NCBI GenBank assembly: GCA_965649115.1
Contig: CBFGJN010000058.1
Location: 1-11,961, forward strand
Direction of reading: 5' to 3'
Origin: a candidate division WOR-3 bacterium
GTDB taxonomy: Bacteria > Hydrothermota > Hydrothermia > LBFQ01 > DSFT01
DNA length: 11,961 nt
Notes under the pieces: model-generated
Seen by the model: only the letters and a program-made list of their open reading frames with translations
Database searches by the model: none
Told to the model about the DNA's origin: nothing
Shown here: in pieces, positions 8,169 to 11,961 of the stretch
How positions within the stretch are numbered: the stretch's first letter is position 1
Layout: each line of letters starts with the position of its first letter
Position numbers and translations under genes: made by a program

Positions 8169-8389
8169 TTTTTTCTAGCCTTTGGAGATATTTTAACTTT
8201 ATCAATAAATTCTTCAATTTCAGAAATTGTAAAAATTTTTAAAGTATCAGCAACACTTGCCCTTTCAAGAAATCTTGATAAAATCCATAGATATACTTTT
8301 TCATTATTTCTATTATTATTCAAGAATTTAATTAAATTTTGCTCATCTTGAAAATCACTATAATCCCAAAATACATTTTTCAAATTCAT
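8138..8389 (-). CDS. Small putative antitoxin partner of the AbiEii gene (DUF6922-like)
   Basis: 83 aa; FWDY...ILSRFLER pattern; directly upstream of the toxin ORF and overlapping it by 31 nt. Confidence 0.7.
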   Translation of the reverse strand: MNLKNVFWDYSDFQDEQNLIKFLNNNRNNEKVYLWILSRFLERASVADTLKIFTISEIEEFIDKVKISPKARKKWKRIIQLKK

Positions 8390-8395
8390 ATTAAA

Positions 8396-8401
8396 ATTTT
8401 A
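8396..8401 (-). promoter_or_regulatory. Putative -10 box (TAAAAT), 6 nt before ATG 8389
   Basis: Minus strand CCTT-TAAAAT-TTTAAT-ATG; no SD. Confidence 0.55.
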
Positions 8402-8423
8402 AAGGATAAAAATTGATTTGTTG

Positions 8424-8627
8424 TGCTGTGTCTAAGAATTCTGAAATTATTTATTTTTCTTATTTTGCCCACCCGCCCTGAAATAAAGGCTTCGCCTTTA
8501 AAATGCCCATTTTTAGGCTTTGGGGGGCTTTGCCCCCCATTAGATCCCCCATAAAATCAATAGTTTTATTGAAATTTTCGTAAGTCATTGATAATCAAGC
8601 ATTTAGCAATAATTACTGGACAAAGCA
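8424..8627 (+). mobile_element. MITE-like element copy J (full length, 204 bp)
   Basis: TIRs TGCTGTGTCTAAGAA / TTACTGGACAAAGCA; hairpins 8484-8500 and 8521-8539; IHF-like pair 8581-8605. Confidence 0.92.
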
Positions 8628-8636
8628 GATAAAAAT

Positions 8637-8750
8637 TGCTTTGTCTAGTAATTCTGAAATAATTTATTTTTCTATGTTTTGCCCAACCGCCCTATGAATA
8701 AGCCTTCGGCTTATAAATACCCATATTTGTGCCTTGGGGGGCTTTGCCCT
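8637..8750 (+). mobile_element. MITE-like element copy K (right part missing, abuts alaS stop)
   Basis: Left TIR TGCTTTGTCTAGTAA 9 nt after J; hairpin ATAAGCC-TTC-GGCTTAT 8698-8714; ends within GGGGGGCTTTGCCC. Confidence 0.85.
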
Positions 8751-8753
8751 AAT

Positions 8754-11255
8754 TTAAATAAATAACTTTTTTATTTTATCTTCTAAGTTTTCTAAAATTT
8801 CTAAATTATCCGTTCCTCCTTCTGCTTTAATGTCAGAGCCACCTCCCTTCCCCAAAATTTTTATCATTAGATTATTAGCATTAAATTTATCTTTTAGAAG
8901 TTTCCCAATTCTAAAATGTGCTATAACTTTATCTTCTAATTTTGAAAAAAGAAAAATAAGTAAATCATCTTTTTGTAGGTAATCTGCCAATTTTCTTAAA
9001 AATTCCATATCAGCACCCTTTAAAACTTCAAAATAATATCTATATCCATTAGTTTCTTTTGAACTTATCGTTTTTGAATAAATGCTAATGTACCTATCAA
9101 GTAATTCATTATACTTAACCTGCATATTTTTATTTTCAAGAATAGTCTTTTCTAATTTTTCAGGAATGTCTTTAATATCTGATTTTAATAAAACTGATAC
9201 CTTTTTGAGAATTTCCTCGTTTTCTTTAATGTATTCAAAAGCTCTAATACCAACATAAGCATTTATTCTTCTAATTCCACTACTAACAGCCTCTTCCTTT
9301 ATAATTTTAAAAAATCCAATTTCCCCTGTTCTCCTAACATGTGTTCCTCCACATAATTCTTTACTAAAATCTCCAATACTAACAACCCTAACAATATCTC
9401 CATATTTTTCTTCAAAAATAGCAATTGCTCCTTCATTTATAGCACTTAAATAGTTTTTATATTCCCAAATAACTTCCAAATTTTCTCTAATTTTTTCATT
9501 AACAAGTTTTTCTATTTCATTAATTTCCTTATCACTTAAAGGTTTTGGATGTGAAAAGTCAAATCTCAATCTGTCATTCTCAACTAAGGAACCTTGTTGA
9601 AGTGCATGTTCTCCAATAATTCTATGTAATGAAGAATGTAATAAATGTGTTGCTGTGTGAGCTCTCATATTTGCTTTTCTTAAATTTACATCAACTTTTG
9701 CCAAAACTTCTAAATTATTTAACTTTATATTGTTTTTCAATTTTCCAAATAAAACAATATCTGAGCCTATTTTTTTAGTATCAAAAATTTCAATTTCATC
9801 ATTTTCTAAAACTAAAATTCCCTTATCTCCAACTTGACCCCCACCTTCGGGATAAAAAGGAGTTTCAAATAAAACAATGTAAATTTTATCATTTTCAATT
9901 TTATATTTAGCAATTTTTGTTTTATATTCCATAAAATCATAGCCTACAAATTTCGTTGATTTATAGTTACCGTCAATATAATCCCAATTTTCAATGAGCA
10001 TTATATTCCTTTTCTCCTTAGTCAGTCTTTTCCTTTCATCTAATAATCTATCATAACCTTCCAAATCAAGTTTTAAATTTTTATCTTTTGCATATTCTTC
10101 AATTAAATCCAAAGGTATTCCATAAGTATCGTAAAGCTTAAATATATCTTCACCTTTTATTATATCATTTGAATTTTGGACAATTTCAATTAGATAAACG
10201 ATGTTCTTTCCAATTGTTTGAATGTACTTTTCTTCTTCGTTTTTGATAATTTCTTTAATTGTTTTTAAGTTTTTTGAAATTTCAGGATAAGCATTTTTCA
10301 TAATTTCATAAACTACATCAACAAGTTTATATAAAATTGGTTCATTAACATTTAATTTCTGAGCAAATTTATAAGCCCTTCTTAAAATTCTTCTTAAAAC
10401 ATAACCTCTTGAATAATTACTTGGATAAATTCCATCAGAAATTGCAAATACTAATGCTCTAATATGATCTGCTATAACCCTATGGGGAACTCCCGTTTTT
10501 TCATCATATTTAACACCTGTTAAATTTTCTATTTCTTTAATAATTGGCATAAACAATGAAGTATGATAATTATTATTAACACCTTCAATAACTGATAATA
10601 ATCTTTCTAACCCCATTCCTGTATCTACATTCTTTTTTGGAAGTGGTTCTAAACTTCCATCACTCTTTCTATTGAATTCCATAAAAACGATATTCCACAA
10701 TTCAAGCATTTCATCACCTAAATCATAATGAATCTCTGTTGAAGGTCCACAAGGACCAACATCACCCATTTCCCAAAAATTATCTTTTTCATCAAATTTA
10801 AAAATTCTTTTTTCATCAATTCCAACTTCATCTTTCCAAATATAATATGCTTCATCATCTTTATAATAAACACTAACATATAACTTTTCTTTTGGAATTT
10901 TAAAAACATTTGTTAATAATTCCCAAGCCCATAAAATTGCCTCCCTTTTAAAATAATCTCCAAATGAGAAATTACCAAGCATTTCAAAGAATGTATGATG
11001 TCTTCTTGTAAATCCAACATTATCTAAGTCATTATGTTTTCCTCCCGCTCTTAAGCATTTTTGACAAGTAGTTATTCTTTTTGATGGTGGTTCTGCTTCA
11101 CCTAAAAAATATATTTTAAATTGATTCATACCTGCATTTGTAAAAAGAAGTGTATTATCTCCTCTTGGAAGTAATGAACTTGAAGGATAAATTAGATGAC
11201 CTTTTTCTTTAAAAAATTCCAAAAATGTTCTTCTTAATTCATCAGCTTTTTTCAT
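8754..11255 (-). CDS. alaS: Alanine--tRNA ligase
   Basis: LLFTNAGMNQFK, HHTFFEMLGNFSFGDYFK, DTGMGLER, TPFYPEGGGQVGD, editing motifs HTATH and ELCGGTH, C-terminal GKGGG. Confidence 0.99.
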   Translation of the reverse strand: MKKADELRRTFLEFFKEKGHLIYPSSSLLPRGDNTLLFTNAGMNQFKIYFLGEAEPPSKRITTCQKCLRAGGKHNDLDNVGFTRRHHTFFEMLGNFSFGDYFKREAILWAWELLTNVFKIPKEKLYVSVYYKDDEAYYIWKDEVGIDEKRIFKFDEKDNFWEMGDVGPCGPSTEIHYDLGDEMLELWNIVFMEFNRKSDGSLEPLPKKNVDTGMGLERLLSVIEGVNNNYHTSLFMPIIKEIENLTGVKYDEKTGVPHRVIADHIRALVFAISDGIYPSNYSRGYVLRRILRRAYKFAQKLNVNEPILYKLVDVVYEIMKNAYPEISKNLKTIKEIIKNEEEKYIQTIGKNIVYLIEIVQNSNDIIKGEDIFKLYDTYGIPLDLIEEYAKDKNLKLDLEGYDRLLDERKRLTKEKRNIMLIENWDYIDGNYKSTKFVGYDFMEYKTKIAKYKIENDKIYIVLFETPFYPEGGGQVGDKGILVLENDEIEIFDTKKIGSDIVLFGKLKNNIKLNNLEVLAKVDVNLRKANMRAHTATHLLHSSLHRIIGEHALQQGSLVENDRLRFDFSHPKPLSDKEINEIEKLVNEKIRENLEVIWEYKNYLSAINEGAIAIFEEKYGDIVRVVSIGDFSKELCGGTHVRRTGEIGFFKIIKEEAVSSGIRRINAYVGIRAFEYIKENEEILKKVSVLLKSDIKDIPEKLEKTILENKNMQVKYNELLDRYISIYSKTISSKETNGYRYYFEVLKGADMEFLRKLADYLQKDDLLIFLFSKLEDKVIAHFRIGKLLKDKFNANNLMIKILGKGGGSDIKAEGGTDNLEILENLEDKIKKLFI

Positions 11256-11264
11256 AGTTTGAAA

Positions 11265-11270
11265 ATTTTA
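11265..11270 (-). promoter_or_regulatory. Putative -10 box (TAAAAT), 9 nt before alaS ATG
   Basis: Minus strand TTT-TAAAAT-TTTCAAACT-ATG; no SD. Confidence 0.55.
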
Positions 11271-11292
11271 AAATATAAATTTAAATTTACTA

Positions 11293-11438
11293 TGCTGTGT
11301 TTAGTAATTCTGAAAGTCCTTATTTTATTATAATTTCTCCACCCACCCTGAATATAAGCCTTTGGCTTATAAATACCCATTTTTCGGCTGTGGAGGACTT
11401 CGCCCCCCATAAGTCACCCATTATTTTTGGACAAAGCA
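11293..11438 (+). mobile_element. MITE-like element copy L (short, 146 bp)
   Basis: TIRs TGCTGTGTTTAGTAA / TTTTTGGACAAAGCA; hairpin TATAAGCC-TTT-GGCTTATA 11353-11371; no IHF module. Confidence 0.87.
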
Positions 11439-11440
11439 AA

Positions 11441-11510
11441 GTTTTATTATATTTTTCCCACCTACTCTAAATACAAGTCTTCGGCTTAAAAACTTCATCC
11501 CCCATCAAAC
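11441..11510 (+). mobile_element. MITE-like element fragment M (no TIRs, ends approximate)
   Basis: TTTTATTATATTTTTCCCACCTACTCTAAA and AAGTC-TTC-GGCTT 11475-11487 are colinear with the consensus. Confidence 0.7.
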
Positions 11511-11542
11511 CTCCGAAAAAACCCTTAACAAAATCTCTTATT

Positions 11543-11961
11543 TCAGTGTAAAATTATCCTTGAAAGGAAGTATAACAAGATGCTTGAAATAATAGTTATT
11601 GAAAGTCCTAAAATCATTCTTTCAATTCTTTCAGTTCTCTTTTCAAGCCTGTTAATATCGTCCTTTGTGGCAAAATTCTTTTGCGCTTCTTTTAGTTCTC
11701 TAATGTCATCTTTTGTAGCAAAGTTTTCTTGACTTGCTTCAATTTTCTCAATCCTCTCTTCAAGTCTCTTAATATCATCCTTTGTGGCAAAATTCTTTTG
11801 CGCTTCTTTTAGTTCTCTAATGTCATCTTTTGTGGCAAAGTTTTCTTGACTTGCTTCAATTTTCTCAATCCTCTCTTCAAGTCTCTTAATATCATCCTTT
11901 GTGGCAAAATTCTTTTGCGCTTCTTTTAGTTCTCTAATGTCATCTTTTGTGGCAAAGTTTT
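11543..11961 (-). CDS. Partial (5' end outside window) membrane-anchored coiled-coil protein with ATKDD repeats, DUF1640/CCDC90-like architecture
   Basis: Manual translation: ...(NFATKDDIRELKEAQK-NFATKDDIKRLEERIEKIEASQE)x2-NFATKDDIRELKEAQK-NFATKDDINRLEKRTERIERMILGLSITIISSILLYFLSRIILH*, with TGA at 11545-11543. Not in the ORF track. Confidence 0.85.
   Translation of the reverse strand, partial: NFATKDDIRELKEAQKNFATKDDIKRLEERIEKIEASQENFATKDDIRELKEAQKNFATKDDIKRLEERIEKIEASQENFATKDDIRELKEAQKNFATKDDINRLEKRTERIERMILGLSITIISSILLYFLSRIILH
11652..11961. repeat. 117-bp coding tandem repeat (~2.6 units visible), made of 48+69 bp subunits
   Basis: TTAATATC(A/G)TCCTTTGTGGC recurs at 11652, 11769 and 11886; units are near-identical. 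Confidence 0.93.

Noticed and set aside
8613..8651. TIR-R/9 nt/TIR-L junction as an integron attC or tyrosine-recombinase site
   Set aside because: No GTTRRRY core and no integrase; the locus-specific 9-mer duplications are better explained as target duplications.
10718..10909. 63-aa ORF
   Set aside because: Alternative frame nested in alaS.
11256..11542. T-box leader upstream of alaS
   Set aside because: The region is accounted for by repeat copies L and M; no T-box consensus seen.
11538..11625. Alternative minus-strand frame ending at TAA 11540-11538
   Set aside because: Interrupted by a stop within about 30 codons; the repeat protein uses the frame ending at TGA 11545-11543.

Overview
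AT-rich bacterial chromosomal window. Housekeeping genes: an LptA/OstA-like gene, der (engA) and a PgeF/YfiH-like gene on +; a hypothetical gene, an M24 Xaa-Pro peptidase, ybaB/ebfC and recR on -; and alaS on -. Accessory genes: a coiled-coil protein with a PD-(D/E)XK-like C-terminus, an AbiEii-type toxin with a small partner, and a partial membrane-anchored ATKDD-repeat coiled-coil protein missed by the ORF track. The main signal is non-coding. All six sizeable non-coding regions carry copies of one ~120-204 bp non-autonomous element (about 13 copies or fragments, ~1.9 kb). Its features are 15-bp terminal inverted repeats (TGCTKTGTCYAGTAA...TTACTRGACAAAGCA), 9-bp flanking direct repeats, a covarying triloop hairpin, a G/C hairpin, and a double IHF-consensus site ending 22 bp from the right end. 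Copies form head-to-tail arrays, most clearly 9mer-element-9mer-element-9mer at 7061-7435. In three loci the array starts exactly 22 nt beyond a TAAAAT -10-like box of an SD-less gene, and it tends to decay away from that box. This suggests a promoter-anchored, repeatedly integrating MITE system. No transposase is present in the window.
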